A stretch of DNA of 64,000 nucleotides. Source: an uncultured Gammaproteobacteria bacterium. GTDB taxonomy: Bacteria; Patescibacteriota; Microgenomatia; PFEM01; JAHIFH01. The stretch spans positions 7,563-71,562 of the forward strand of contig CAYFXA010000001.1 in the NCBI GenBank assembly GCA_964347135.1, in the 5' to 3' direction. The translations under genes and the position numbers were made by a program. Below, piece by piece: positions 1 through 9,604 of the stretch. The notes under the pieces were generated by a model that was given only the letters and a program-made list of their open reading frames with translations, had not been told where the DNA came from and did not search any database. The stretch's first letter is position 1; each line of letters begins with the position of its first letter.

Positions 1-123
1 TTCCTGATAAACTTGGCGGGAATCAGCGGAAATTAATTCTCCATTGAATTCCTTAGCCAGTTTGATTGCCAAAGAGGTTTTTCCGGTTGCCGTTGGTCCG
101 CAAATTACTAGAAGTTTACCCAT
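1..123 (-). CDS. miaA: tRNA dimethylallyltransferase, N-terminal fragment (gene continues beyond window start)
   Basis: Minus-strand translation from the ATG at 121-123 gives [41 protein letters not shown]. It has the P-loop GPTAxGKT and the ISADSxQVY motif typical of the MiaA N-terminus. It is absent from the ORF track because it runs off the window. Confidence 0.7.
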   Translation of the reverse strand, partial: MGKLLVICGPTATGKTSLAIKLAKEFNGELISADSRQVYQE

Positions 124-143
124 ATGCTATTATATTTTATCAG

Positions 144-830
144 ATGAAAGTTAATCAGGTTCTCAAAAAATTAAAATCAATGTCTAACCCAAAAAATGTT
201 GAAGACATGGCGCGGTTTGGCATCAATCCTCGAAATACTTTGGGAATTTCAATTTATGTTTTAAGAAAAATTGCCAAAGAAATTGGCAAAAATCATCAAT
301 TGGCTCAACAACTTTGGAATTCTGGTATTCATGAGGCCCGAACTTTGGCGAGCATGATTGATGAACCAGAAAAAGTGACCGAAAAACAAATGGAAAAATG
401 GGTTAAGGATTTTGATTCCTGGGATGTTTGTGACCAAGTTTGTGGTAATCTTTTTGACAGAACCAAATTTGCTTATCCAAAAGCTTTTGAATGGAGCAAA
501 AGAAAAGAAGAATTTGTTAAAAGAGCAGGATTTGTTTTAATGGCCACCCTTTCGGTTCATGACCAAGAGGCAAAAGATAAAAAATTCGAACAATTCTTTC
601 CTGTTATTAAAAGAGAAGCAACTGACGAGCGAAATTTTGTTAAAAAAGCAGTCAATTGGGCTTTAAGACAGATTGGAAAAAGAAATCTGGCTTTGAATAA
701 AAAAGCAATTGCCATTGCCAAAGAAATTCAGAAAATGGATTCCAAGAGTGCTAAGTGGATTGCTAATGATGCTCTCCGAGAATTAACTGGTGAGGCAGTT
801 CAAAAAAGATTAAAAAGAATGATAAAATAG
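144..830 (+). CDS. DNA alkylation repair enzyme, AlkD/AlkC-like HEAT-repeat glycosylase family
   Basis: ORF 66..830 trimmed to the ATG at 144, because the upstream part overlaps the miaA start. WVKDFDSWDVCDQVCGNLF and NWALRQIGKRN resemble the DNA alkylation repair (pfam08713-like) family; the family call is from memory, not a search. Confidence 0.55.
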   Translation: MKVNQVLKKLKSMSNPKNVEDMARFGINPRNTLGISIYVLRKIAKEIGKNHQLAQQLWNSGIHEARTLASMIDEPEKVTEKQMEKWVKDFDSWDVCDQVCGNLFDRTKFAYPKAFEWSKRKEEFVKRAGFVLMATLSVHDQEAKDKKFEQFFPVIKREATDERNFVKKAVNWALRQIGKRNLALNKKAIAIAKEIQKMDSKSAKWIANDALRELTGEAVQKRLKRMIK

Positions 831-856
831 TTATTAAGAAAAGGAGGTGAGGAGTA

Positions 857-1240
857 ATGAAAGGCTATGTAGGCAATATAGAGGAAGCCACTGAAAAAAA
901 TAATAACTTTAGAAAGGTACTTTTTACAGGAAAATATTGCCAGTTGGTTGTTATGAGTTTAAAACCAAAAGAAGAAATTGGCATGGAAGTTCATCCCAAG
1001 GTAGACCAATTTTTTCGAATTGAGGAAGGAAAAGCAAAATTAATTATTGATGGAGAGGAACATTCTGTTGGCGATGGTGATGCGTTTATTGTTCCTGGCG
1101 GCAGTCAACACAATGTTATCAATGCTTCAGGAAATGAGAACCTTAAGCTTTATACGATTTATTCGCCACCCAACCATCCCGATGGTACGATTCATAAAAC
1201 AAAGGCAGAAGCGGATGCCGCAGAGGCTCACGAAGAATAA
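857..1240 (+). CDS. cupin-domain protein
   Basis: Strong SD AAGGAGGTGAGG at 841-852, 5 nt before the ATG. Motifs HPKVDQFFRIEEGKAKLIIDGEEHSVGDGDAFIVPGGSQHNV match the cupin G(X)5HXH...G(X)5PXG...H pattern. Confidence 0.7.
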   Translation: MKGYVGNIEEATEKNNNFRKVLFTGKYCQLVVMSLKPKEEIGMEVHPKVDQFFRIEEGKAKLIIDGEEHSVGDGDAFIVPGGSQHNVINASGNENLKLYTIYSPPNHPDGTIHKTKAEADAAEAHEE

Positions 1241-2286
1241 CTTTCTCTTTTGTTAATTAAGTCTTCCAAAATTCTCCATCTTCTTTTCTTTTCTTCTGGG
1301 GAAACATTATCTTTTAATTTAAAAGCCGCTGTTCCAGGGCGAGGCGAGTATTTGGCAATGTAGGCTTTATCAAAATTGACTTTTTTACATAAAGCAACCG
1401 TGTTTTGAAAGGCTTTCTTTGTTTCTCCGGGAAAACCAACAATAATATCAGTGCTTATTTGAATATCGAGAATCTTTTTTCTGATTTTTTCCACCAATTT
1501 AATATATTGAAGTGATGTATAAGGACGATTCATTTTTTTAAGAATTTTATTATCACCTGACTGAACTGGTAGATGAAGATAACGAACCATTTTTGGCAAA
1601 TTCATGGCATCAATAATGTCATCAGTTAAATCCCAGGGATTGGAAGTAACAAAAGAAATCTTTTTAATGCCTTTGATTTGATGAAGGCGTTCAAGTAACT
1701 GACTAAATTTTTTTCTTGGTTTTAAATCTTTCCCATAACTATTAACGTTTTGACCTAATAAAGTAATTTCTTTGTAACCTCGATTTGCCAATTCTTCCAC
1801 TTCGCAAACTATTTCTTTAAAGGGTTTGCTTATTTCCTTTCCTCGAGCATAAGGAACAACACAATAGGAACAGAAATGGTCACAACCCTCCATAATCGTA
1901 ACAAAAGCGCTGGTTTTCTTTTTGTATTTTGGGGTAATTTTTTCTGGACCCACTAACTCCTCAATTGTTTTAAATTCATTGACTTGGGGCAGTTTCTTTT
2001 TAAGCTGAGCTGGGGTATAGCGTCGCCTTTCCCCTCGCGCTGAGCCAACCATACAACCAGTGAGAATAATTTTTTGCCCTTTCCTTTTTTTCTGAGCAAG
2101 ATTATTGACCAAGCCAAAAACCCGGTTCTCAGCGGACTCACGAACAGAACAGGTGTTAATCACAACCACATCAGCTTCTCCAATTTTTTTTGCTATTTGA
2201 TAACCTTTTTTCTCAAAAACAGCAGTCAACCTCTCACTATCCGCTTTATTCATTTGGCAACCAAAGGTTTGGATAAAATATTTCAT
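1228..2286 (-). CDS. radical SAM methylthiotransferase, MiaB/RimO/MtaB family (short form, apparently lacking TRAM domain)
   Basis: N-terminal MTTase domain (FIQTFGCQMNKADSE) and radical SAM CDHFCSYCVVPYARG (CxxxCxxC). 352 aa; 13-nt convergent overlap with the cupin gene. Confidence 0.8.
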   Translation of the reverse strand: MKYFIQTFGCQMNKADSERLTAVFEKKGYQIAKKIGEADVVVINTCSVRESAENRVFGLVNNLAQKKRKGQKIILTGCMVGSARGERRRYTPAQLKKKLPQVNEFKTIEELVGPEKITPKYKKKTSAFVTIMEGCDHFCSYCVVPYARGKEISKPFKEIVCEVEELANRGYKEITLLGQNVNSYGKDLKPRKKFSQLLERLHQIKGIKKISFVTSNPWDLTDDIIDAMNLPKMVRYLHLPVQSGDNKILKKMNRPYTSLQYIKLVEKIRKKILDIQISTDIIVGFPGETKKAFQNTVALCKKVNFDKAYIAKYSPRPGTAAFKLKDNVSPEEKKRRWRILEDLINKRESYSS

Positions 2287-2358
2287 GGTTTATTTGACAG
2301 GTTAATTTTATCACTTCCATCTTGTTTTTTGAAACTAGCCCTGATATTATAGGACATT

Positions 2359-3147
2359 ATGAGCAAAGAGTCGGATTTAATTTATCAAGCCGAAATGAAA
2401 CGGGTAATGGATCCTGCGCGTGAGGCAATAGAAAATGCTCAACAAAACGCTTCTATTCCATTAGAAGAACTCGCCCATCTTTCCTCTGAAGAAATGATTG
2501 ATGTAATGCGCTTGTGGAGAATTTGGGCGGTTACACTTATGACTCTTCACAAAAAAGAATGGAATGGTAAAAGAGCCGCTGAATACCTTTATGAAGCTCG
2601 GGAGGTTTTTAGGACCTACTATTACAACCCAACAGTACTAGAAGCAGCGAGTGCAATGAAAACCGACCCAGAAGGAAATGAATACCAAATGCTCGCAGAA
2701 ATGAATCGTGACCAAGGAAAATTTTATCTTTATGCAGCTGGTTTAACAGGAGAATCTTTTTTAACAGCAATCGCCTGCCAATGTTTTGAAGAAGCAATTA
2801 AGAATGCTGAAGAGGGCACATCCGCTTGGGCAGTGGCAACAATGGAAAGAGAAATTGCTGGTAAAAAGATAAAGCAAGAAATTGATTTTGATATTTTTAG
2901 AGAAGCCTATGAAACCGCTGTTTACTTGTCTCCACGAGCGGGTGGTTGGGATCGAATGGCAGCGGTTTCTTGGTGGTATGTTAAGGAATCGCTTTGGGCA
3001 GGTAGAAAAAGCGATTTAGAGTTAGGGTTAAGGAATTTGAGAAAAGCCTCTCAAGAACTGGGTATCAACTGGCTAAAAAAATATCCTTTAAATGAAGTCT
3101 CCATTACTCTTTTAGGAGTTAGTAGGAGAATAACAGCCCGGTGGTAA
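2359..3147 (+). CDS. hypothetical protein (alpha-helical, no recognisable motif)
   Basis: 262-aa ORF with uniform codon usage, divergent from the methylthiotransferase gene. Confidence 0.45.
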   Translation: MSKESDLIYQAEMKRVMDPAREAIENAQQNASIPLEELAHLSSEEMIDVMRLWRIWAVTLMTLHKKEWNGKRAAEYLYEAREVFRTYYYNPTVLEAASAMKTDPEGNEYQMLAEMNRDQGKFYLYAAGLTGESFLTAIACQCFEEAIKNAEEGTSAWAVATMEREIAGKKIKQEIDFDIFREAYETAVYLSPRAGGWDRMAAVSWWYVKESLWAGRKSDLELGLRNLRKASQELGINWLKKYPLNEVSITLLGVSRRITARW

Positions 3148-3168
3148 ATCTCGCCATGCGATCTTTTT

Positions 3169-3957
3169 TTAACTACTAGCGCTTGAATATTGAGTTAAGG
3201 CATATTTCCAAAATCTTAGTGATCCCCAAAGGGCAATTCCACTAATAACAAAAGAAAGAGCTGCCCATTGCCACGACAAAAGTCCCATTAATACCTTAGT
3301 TGGAACCGTAATCATGATTATTATTGGCATGGCAAAAGTTAGAATTGTTTGAATTGAGCGCTGATAAATATCAGTGGGAAATCTAGCCAAGTTTAATAAA
3401 TCTCGATAAACCTCTATTAAGTGATCAATGGCTAAGGTAATTACTCCAATTGAGGAAACAAAAAGATGAATGGCAAAAGCCACAATCAAAGCATTTAGAT
3501 AGAAAACAAAGAAATAAAACAAAAAGCTTACATTAGGAGCCAAACCCCGAGTTAGGATAAACCACAAAGTAAGAATCCAAAGTGGCACTAAAAAAGCAAA
3601 ATCTAAAATATCCGTTCTTCTGAATAAGGGGTGAAAAAATGAGGGTAAAGGTTTGACCAAATGGATATCAAGCTCGCCGCTGTCAACTAAATAGCGGAAA
3701 ATGTAAACTCCTCTAAAGAAAAACTGGGCGGTGATATCAACAATATTAAAAATCAAAAAGAAAAGAATCACCTGGTTCGCATCATATCCCGCTAAAGACT
3801 TTGTTGAGCTGACAACGGTATACAAAAATATGAAGAAAAATATAAAACGGACGATTTTACCAAGGGTGAAAAAGACGGCTGCCAAAAGAGAAGTGACCTG
3901 CTCTTGGAGAGCATTTTTAGACATCAAAAACCAGATTTTAAGAAATTTTTTAAACAT
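3169..3957 (-). CDS. ABC-2 family transporter permease
   Basis: 262 aa with about 6 predicted TM helices; last gene of the ATPase-permease-permease operon; 1-nt overlap with the upstream permease. Confidence 0.6.
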   Translation of the reverse strand: MFKKFLKIWFLMSKNALQEQVTSLLAAVFFTLGKIVRFIFFFIFLYTVVSSTKSLAGYDANQVILFFLIFNIVDITAQFFFRGVYIFRYLVDSGELDIHLVKPLPSFFHPLFRRTDILDFAFLVPLWILTLWFILTRGLAPNVSFLFYFFVFYLNALIVAFAIHLFVSSIGVITLAIDHLIEVYRDLLNLARFPTDIYQRSIQTILTFAMPIIIMITVPTKVLMGLLSWQWAALSFVISGIALWGSLRFWKYALTQYSSASS

Positions 3958-4754
3958 TAAATGCCCGGAACATCATAAGTAATTAGCCCTTTTCGCCAAA
4001 CAGTCTTCAAAAGGTAATAAAAAAGAAATACCCAAACGCTGGTGATCAGAATCGCTGTTAATACTTCGATTGGTGCCATCTGCCCCAGCCAAACTTTTAA
4101 GGGATAGTAAACTATATAAGGAAAAGGAGTTAAACGAAGAATTTTTTCAAAAATAGGCGGTAAAACATCTAAAGGAAAAAATCCCCCACCACCAAATTCC
4201 AAAAAAATAACAATAAATAAAAATCTTGGTGCCCAAACATCAGCTACCCAAAAACCAGTACTACCCGCAACTAAATTTAAAATGAAATAGAGGATAGTTG
4301 CCAGGAAACAAAGAATTATAAAGGCAAAGATATAGAACAAATTAGTCTGAAAAAAGAGAGATGGTTTAAATATTAAAATTATCAGTCCCAACTCGATTAT
4401 AGTAAAAAAGATATTAAGAACCTTATCAGCTAAATCTCGACTCGCCCAGAATTTAAAAATTCCGATGGGACGTAAAAACCAAGGAGCAATTTGTCCGGTT
4501 TTAATTTGTCCGGCTAAATCAGCTGTCCGGGATGCCAAAACAATACTCCTTAAAACAGCAATTCCAAGAGTATAAGTCAACATTTGGCTTTTTTGATAGC
4601 CAAGTAAGCTCTGTCTATCTCCGTAGAGAGCACTCCAAAAGAAAAACAAAGAAAGTAATAAGACAAAGTTTCGAAATCGCCAAAGAAAAAAGTTAACGCG
4701 GTAAACAAAATATTCTTCAAAAGTATTTTTAGTTAACTGAAGATACTTACGCAT
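3957..4754 (-). CDS. ABC-2 family transporter permease
   Basis: Multi-TM hydrophobic protein. Start placed at the internal Met MRKYLQLTKNTF (4754), giving only a small overlap with the ATPase gene. Confidence 0.55.
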   Translation of the reverse strand: MRKYLQLTKNTFEEYFVYRVNFFLWRFRNFVLLLSLFFFWSALYGDRQSLLGYQKSQMLTYTLGIAVLRSIVLASRTADLAGQIKTGQIAPWFLRPIGIFKFWASRDLADKVLNIFFTIIELGLIILIFKPSLFFQTNLFYIFAFIILCFLATILYFILNLVAGSTGFWVADVWAPRFLFIVIFLEFGGGGFFPLDVLPPIFEKILRLTPFPYIVYYPLKVWLGQMAPIEVLTAILITSVWVFLFYYLLKTVWRKGLITYDVPGI

Positions 4755-5730
4755 AGTTTTTGCCAGTAAACAATTCACGGATGATATCTTCAATCGCCGG
4801 TTCTTCAATATTCAAATCCGCTACTGGTAATTTGTCTAAGATTTGAGCCGCAATAAATGAAGCTTGATCTCGTTTAACGGTAATTACCAGTTTGGGATAC
4901 TCAAATTCTTTTATTTTTCCTATATCCTCAATTTTTTTGGGATCCACTTCTTTGGCTAAAGTAATGGAAATTCTTTTGTTATCAGCATATTTTTTAATTA
5001 TTTCACTCAATTGTCCATCAAAAACGATTTTGCCCTTGTCAATAATAATCACCCGTTTGCACAACTCTTTAACATCACCCATGTAATGAGAAGTCAAAAT
5101 AATGGTTGATTTGTAACGCTTGTTGTACTCTTTAATAAAATCCCGCATCTTTTTTTGCATGACGACATCAAGGCCAATCGTTGGCTCATCTAAAAACAGA
5201 ATTTTGGGAGAATGAAGTAAAGCAGTAATTAATTCACATTTCATTCGTTGACCTAAAGAAAGTTTTCTCACTTGGACATTAAGAATATCTTTAACATCTA
5301 AAAGTCTGACGAGCTCATTAAGCATTTTCTTGTACTTTTTATCAGGCACTTCGTAAATTTCTTTGTTAAGAATAAAAGTCTCTGTTGGTGGCAAGTCCCA
5401 CCAAAGTTGGTTTTTCTGTCCCATCACTAAAGAAAACTGCTTTTGAAATTCGGGTTTACGGTCCCAAGGATTAAAACCCAAAACATCAACTTTTCCTGAA
5501 GTGGGGTAAAGAAGACCGGAAAGACATTTCAAGGTTGTGGTTTTTCCTGCTCCATTGGGTCCAATAAAACCAATTAATTCGCCTTCATCAATGGAAAAAG
5601 AAATATTGTTGACTGCCCTAACAGTCTCATACTTTCGTTTAAAAAGAGATTTAACTGAACCAGCTAGTCCTGGTTCTTTTTTATGAACTTGGTAAAATTT
5701 TTTTAAACGAGAGACTTTGACTACTGCCAC
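4747..5730 (-). CDS. ABC transporter ATP-binding protein
   Basis: Walker A GPNGAGKTT, ABC signature LSLGQRMK, Walker B ILFLDEP. 327 aa with a C-terminal accessory domain. Confidence 0.9.
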   Translation of the reverse strand: MAVVKVSRLKKFYQVHKKEPGLAGSVKSLFKRKYETVRAVNNISFSIDEGELIGFIGPNGAGKTTTLKCLSGLLYPTSGKVDVLGFNPWDRKPEFQKQFSLVMGQKNQLWWDLPPTETFILNKEIYEVPDKKYKKMLNELVRLLDVKDILNVQVRKLSLGQRMKCELITALLHSPKILFLDEPTIGLDVVMQKKMRDFIKEYNKRYKSTIILTSHYMGDVKELCKRVIIIDKGKIVFDGQLSEIIKKYADNKRISITLAKEVDPKKIEDIGKIKEFEYPKLVITVKRDQASFIAAQILDKLPVADLNIEEPAIEDIIRELFTGKNYA

Positions 5731-5763
5731 TGTAGTTAAAGTTTAGCATATTTGAAGAAGAAA

Positions 5764-6036
5764 CTACCTGACTGCCTTCTTAAGTGGTTTGCCCGGAGAA
5801 AATCTTGGCGCCCGATGGCTTTTGACCATCTTTTTTTCGTTGGTTCCAGGAATAATTACTGGTTTGTCCTTGACCTTGACAACACGAAAAGTGCCGAAAC
5901 CGGAAAGAACGACTTTATCACCTTTTTTCAAAGCATTAGCAACTTCGGAAAGAAAAGTATCAATTGCCTCCCGCGAAGCTCTTTTAGTTAAATGGGCTTT
6001 AGTTGCCACTAAAGAAACAATTTGTTTCTTGGTCAT
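5764..6036 (-). CDS. hup: DNA-binding protein HU
   Basis: 90 aa; TKRASREAIDTFL...GFGTF...RNPRT-like arm (SHRAPRFSPG); HU/IHF fold. Confidence 0.85.
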   Translation of the reverse strand: MTKKQIVSLVATKAHLTKRASREAIDTFLSEVANALKKGDKVVLSGFGTFRVVKVKDKPVIIPGTNEKKMVKSHRAPRFSPGKPLKKAVR

Positions 6037-6069
6037 TAAATCACCTCCTTGAGCAGGAGACTTTAATAG

Positions 6070-6098
6070 AGGATAACTTAAAAAGGATAATTTGTCAA
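6070..6098 (-). promoter_or_regulatory. candidate sigma70 promoter for hup (TTGACA-17-TATCCT), followed by SD AGGAGGTG
   Basis: Minus-strand TTGACA (top 6093-6098), 17-nt spacer, TATCCT (top 6070-6075). AGGAGGTG lies 6 nt before the hup ATG. Confidence 0.3.
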
Positions 6099-6126
6099 GC
6101 TAATTCGGTCTTTTTTGAAGAAAACA

Positions 6127-7515
6127 CTATTTTGCTTTAGTGGTTTCACTAGCAGTTGTTTCTCGAATACAGGTTACTTTAATTTGTCCGGCATAAGAAA
6201 CTTTCTTCTCTAATTCTTTAGCAATCTTGTTTGCCAAAACCACTAACTCATCATCAGAAACTTCCTCGGGTTTAACCAAGACTCTCACATCTCGGCCCGC
6301 TTGATAAGCAAAAGCTTCTTCAACTCCTTTAAACTTGTTAGCGATTTCCTCAATTTCCTCCATTCGCTTAACATATTCTTCATGAGCTTCGTATCGAGCC
6401 CCCGGTCGAGAACCGGAAATGGCATCAGCAATCCAAACAATTCTTGACTCGGGTGAAGAAAAAGGCTTGTCCTCATGGTGCTCGGCAATGCAATCAATTA
6501 CCTCTTTGGGCAGCCGGTACTTCTTAGCCAAATCAACTCCTAATTGAACATGGGTGCCTTCTTCTTCGGTCACTACTTTGCCAATGTCATGGAGCAAGCA
6601 ACCAAGACGAACAATATTGGTATCTGCTCCCACTTCATGAGCAATTTGAACACCAATCTTGGTTTCTTCAAGAGTATGAGCAATCATATTTTGACCATAA
6701 GAAAACCTAAATTTAAAACGCCCTAAAAGTTTAATTAGTTCGGGGTGAAGTCGATAAACCTTAAGAGAATGACAAAGTTTTTTGCCTTCCTCGAACATAA
6801 TTTTTTCTACTTCTTTTCTAGTTCGCTCAACCACTTCCTTTATTCTGGCAGGCTGAATTCTTCGATCACGAACTAGTTTTTGGAGAGCTCTTTTGGCAAT
6901 TTCTCGACGAACAGGATCAAAAGAAGAAATAATAATGTCATTGGCATCACCTAGTTCAATCTCTACTCCTGTTGCCTGCTCAAAGGCGCGAATATTCCTA
7001 CCTTCACGACCGATAACTCGACCTTTTAATTCTTCACTAGGAAGCTGAACCGAAGAAACAGTGTATTCCGCCACATAGTCAGTGGCACCATGCTGCATCG
7101 CTTCCACCAAAAGCTCTTTGGCTTTCTCCTCGGTTTTCTCTTCAATCTCCTCTTCAGCTTCCTTAATCTTTCGAGCAATACTCTCTGCTAAATGTTTTTC
7201 AGTTGCTTCAAGAAGAAGCTTTTTTGCTTCCTCGCGCGTTAACTTAGCAATCTTCTCTAATTTGGCAATTTCTTTTTTCTTAATTTCATCAATCCCACTA
7301 AGTTTTTTATCCAATTCCCGCTTGCGTTTATTAAGCTGTTTCTCCTTCTCTTCTAAAGCTCCTTCACGCCTTTCAATTTCCGCAATTTTAGTTGCTAATT
7401 CCTTGGCAATCCTTTTACTAGCGGTTGTTTTTCCAACTGTTTTTCTTTTCCTTCCTTTTTGAGCCGCTTTCTCTTCTGCTATAGCTTTGGTTAATAAATT
7501 ATCTAAAAGTCCCAT
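6127..7515 (-). CDS. rny: ribonuclease Y
   Basis: Coiled-coil N-region, KH domain (GREGRNIRAFEQATG) and HD domain (LLHDIGK...HH). SD AAAGGAGG upstream. Confidence 0.85.
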   Translation of the reverse strand: MGLLDNLLTKAIAEEKAAQKGRKRKTVGKTTASKRIAKELATKIAEIERREGALEEKEKQLNKRKRELDKKLSGIDEIKKKEIAKLEKIAKLTREEAKKLLLEATEKHLAESIARKIKEAEEEIEEKTEEKAKELLVEAMQHGATDYVAEYTVSSVQLPSEELKGRVIGREGRNIRAFEQATGVEIELGDANDIIISSFDPVRREIAKRALQKLVRDRRIQPARIKEVVERTRKEVEKIMFEEGKKLCHSLKVYRLHPELIKLLGRFKFRFSYGQNMIAHTLEETKIGVQIAHEVGADTNIVRLGCLLHDIGKVVTEEEGTHVQLGVDLAKKYRLPKEVIDCIAEHHEDKPFSSPESRIVWIADAISGSRPGARYEAHEEYVKRMEEIEEIANKFKGVEEAFAYQAGRDVRVLVKPEEVSDDELVVLANKIAKELEKKVSYAGQIKVTCIRETTASETTKAK

Positions 7516-7559
7516 AAGACCTCCTTTGATTGGCGATTTGGCTTTGGCAAATGGAAATT

Positions 7560-7578
7560 ACCGTTAGAAGATAACGGT
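7560..7578 (-). other. stem-loop ACCGTTA-gaaga-TAACGGT between recX and rny
   Basis: 7-bp perfect inverted repeat with a 5-nt loop. Only a weak U-rich tail on the minus strand, so possibly a partial terminator or a processing/regulatory structure. Confidence 0.25.
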
Positions 7579-7680
7579 TTAAATAAATAAATTATTTAAT
7601 CCACATTTTTTAGAAGCCATAATTAATAAAACCAATTTCGCCAAAACTAAATATTATTTAATTTCAACGCCTTTATTTTA

Positions 7681-8295
7681 TCACTTCTCTAAATATTTCG
7701 CAACCACTTTTTTAATTGTTTCCCAAGAAAAACCTCGACGAGCCAAAAAAGCAGACATTTTTTGATAAAATTCCTCTCTGGGCAGGTTTTTGTAAGTTTT
7801 TAATTTTTTTTGGGCTAGTTTATTGGCCAAGGGTAATTCATTCACTTTTTTAATGGTTTTTTCAATTATTGTTTTATCAATTCCTTTTTGTTTTAATTCC
7901 ATGGTTAAGCCAAATTTGCCTCGGGGACGAAAGGCTGTTCGCTGTTCCACCCACCAACGAGCGAATTCCAAATCATTAACTTGTCTCAATTGCTTTAATT
8001 TTTTAATGACTGAATCAATTAGTCTTGGTGGTGATTTTCTCTTTCTAAGATAATCACGGATTTCTTTTTCTGAACGAGGGCGACGAGAAATTAAACGAAG
8101 AGCCCGATTAAGTAGCTTTTGAAATTCGTTTTTAAAAACCAAATCATCAACCTGTCTCTGAGTTAATTTCTTGCCAACTTTTAAACCTGCCTTCAAGAAA
8201 TTATCCGCATCCAGGCCAAAAGCAAACTTGCCATCAAGATAAATATTGACCCTTTTTTTGTTTTTTTGGGCTTTGATTCTGGTTATCTTTGCCAT
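7681..8295 (-). CDS. recX: recombination regulator RecX
   Basis: 204 aa, three-helix repeat architecture, immediately downstream of recA. Confidence 0.75.
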   Translation of the reverse strand: MAKITRIKAQKNKKRVNIYLDGKFAFGLDADNFLKAGLKVGKKLTQRQVDDLVFKNEFQKLLNRALRLISRRPRSEKEIRDYLRKRKSPPRLIDSVIKKLKQLRQVNDLEFARWWVEQRTAFRPRGKFGLTMELKQKGIDKTIIEKTIKKVNELPLANKLAQKKLKTYKNLPREEFYQKMSAFLARRGFSWETIKKVVAKYLEK

Positions 8296-8312
8296 CTCAC
8301 CAGTATAGTATC

Positions 8313-8336
8313 AAAAAAACCCGCCGATTCGGCGGG
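8313..8336 (-). terminator. rho-independent terminator/attenuator between recA and recX
   Basis: Minus strand reads CCCGCCG-aat-CGGCGGG followed by UUUUUUU (top: aaaaaaa 8313-8319; stem 8320-8336). It lies 24 nt after the recA stop and before the recX ATG. Confidence 0.6.
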
Positions 8337-8359
8337 TGCTTTAGTTACCAAAAGCCATC

Positions 8360-9439
8360 TTACTTCTTAACTTCCCCAATTTCTTTGCCTAAATCAATTT
8401 TTCCTGACTTTACTATTTTCCAAATTTCTGTTTCAATCTGTCTGGCAATTTTAGGATGTTCTTCTAAATAGGCTTTAGCGGCTTCCCTTCCTTGACCCAA
8501 CATCGTTTTGTTGAATTTGAAAAAGGCACCTGATTTTTCAATAATGCCAAATTCAACAGCCACATCAATTAAATTACCAGATTGAGAAATCCCACCAACA
8601 TTCATGATGTCAAATTCAGCGGTGCGGAAAGGTGGAGCGACCTTATTTTTCACTACCCGTGCCCGGTGGCGAGAACCAATCACTATTTCCCCTTCTTTAA
8701 TCGTACCAATTTTTCTTAAATCAAGCCGAACCGAAGAATAGAATTTTAATGCTAAACCGCCGGGAGTGACTTCGGGATTGCCAAACATTACTCCGATCCG
8801 ATGACGAATTTGGTTGGTGAAGATAACAATAGTTTTTGATTTAGAAATGGCGGCTGTTAATTTTCTCAAAGCTTGAGACATTAACCTTGCTTGAACACCA
8901 ATCATGGCATCCCCCATTTCGCCTTCGATTTCCGCTCGAGGAACAAGAGCGGCCACTGAATCAACAACTACCACATCAACTGCTCCTGACCGGACCAATG
9001 TCTCCACAATTTCCAAGGCTTGTTCACCCGTATCGGGTTGGGAAATCAAAAGTTCATCCAAATTAACGCCAATTGATTCGGCTCTTGCCGGATCCATACC
9101 GTGTTCGGCATCAACAAAAGCCGCAGTTCCTTTCATTTTTTGAACTTCAGCAACAACGTGAAGAGCTAAAGTAGTTTTTCCTGAAGCCTCTGGTCCGTAG
9201 ACTTCCACCACCCGACCCCGAGGAAAGCCACCAACACCTAGAGCAATATCAAGGGCAATTGAACCAGTGGGAATAGCATTGACCCTCTTTACTTCCCTTT
9301 TTCCACCCAATCTCATAATCGCTCCTTTGCCGTATTGTTTTTCAATTTGTTCCATTGCCATTTTAACGGCTTGGGCTTTTTTATTGGAAGTTTGTTTTTT
9401 TACAACTGGTTTCTTAGGAGTCTTTTTCTTTCTTGCCAT
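8360..9439 (-). CDS. recA: recombinase RecA (with lysine-rich N-terminal extension)
   Basis: Walker [10 protein letters not shown]; canonical RecA core. ORF track start at 9733 rejected because the extension runs antisense through tRNA-Pro. Start at [10 protein letters not shown] (9439, or the Met at 9445). Confidence 0.9.
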   Translation of the reverse strand: MARKKKTPKKPVVKKQTSNKKAQAVKMAMEQIEKQYGKGAIMRLGGKREVKRVNAIPTGSIALDIALGVGGFPRGRVVEVYGPEASGKTTLALHVVAEVQKMKGTAAFVDAEHGMDPARAESIGVNLDELLISQPDTGEQALEIVETLVRSGAVDVVVVDSVAALVPRAEIEGEMGDAMIGVQARLMSQALRKLTAAISKSKTIVIFTNQIRHRIGVMFGNPEVTPGGLALKFYSSVRLDLRKIGTIKEGEIVIGSRHRARVVKNKVAPPFRTAEFDIMNVGGISQSGNLIDVAVEFGIIEKSGAFFKFNKTMLGQGREAAKAYLEEHPKIARQIETEIWKIVKSGKIDLGKEIGEVKK

Positions 9440-9484
9440 GCCCATTAAATTTTTACACAAAATGTGATAAAATTCAAGAGGTAA

Positions 9485-9561
9485 CGGGGTGTGGCGCAGT
9501 TGGCTAGCGCGTGCGCATGGGGTGCGTAAGGTCGCGGGTTCGAGTCCCGCCACCCCGACCA
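9485..9561 (+). tRNA. tRNA-Pro (anticodon GGG)
   Basis: Manual cloverleaf: acceptor CGGGGTG/CACCCCG, 4-bp D stem GCGC/GCGC, anticodon stem TGCGC/GCGTA with loop A-T-GGG-G-T, T arm GCGGG-TTCGAGT-CCCGC. C1:G72 plus A73 are typical of bacterial tRNA-Pro. CCA is encoded. Confidence 0.85.
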
Positions 9562-9563
9562 AA

Positions 9564-9586
9564 AGCCCAATTTTTGGGTTTTTTAT
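9564..9586 (+). terminator. rho-independent terminator after tRNA-Pro
   Basis: CCCAA-ttt-TTGGG followed by TTTTTT (9579-9584). Confidence 0.5.
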
Positions 9587-9604
9587 TATGATAGAATAAA
9601 ACAC

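Noticed and set aside
66-143. N-terminal 26 codons of the 66..830 ORF
   Set aside because: It overlaps the miaA start codon region on the opposite strand. The AlkD-family alignment begins at MKVNQ (144).
7082-7462. 126-aa plus-strand ORF antisense to rny
   Set aside because: Ser/Leu/Phe low-complexity translation antisense to the coiled-coil region of RNase Y.
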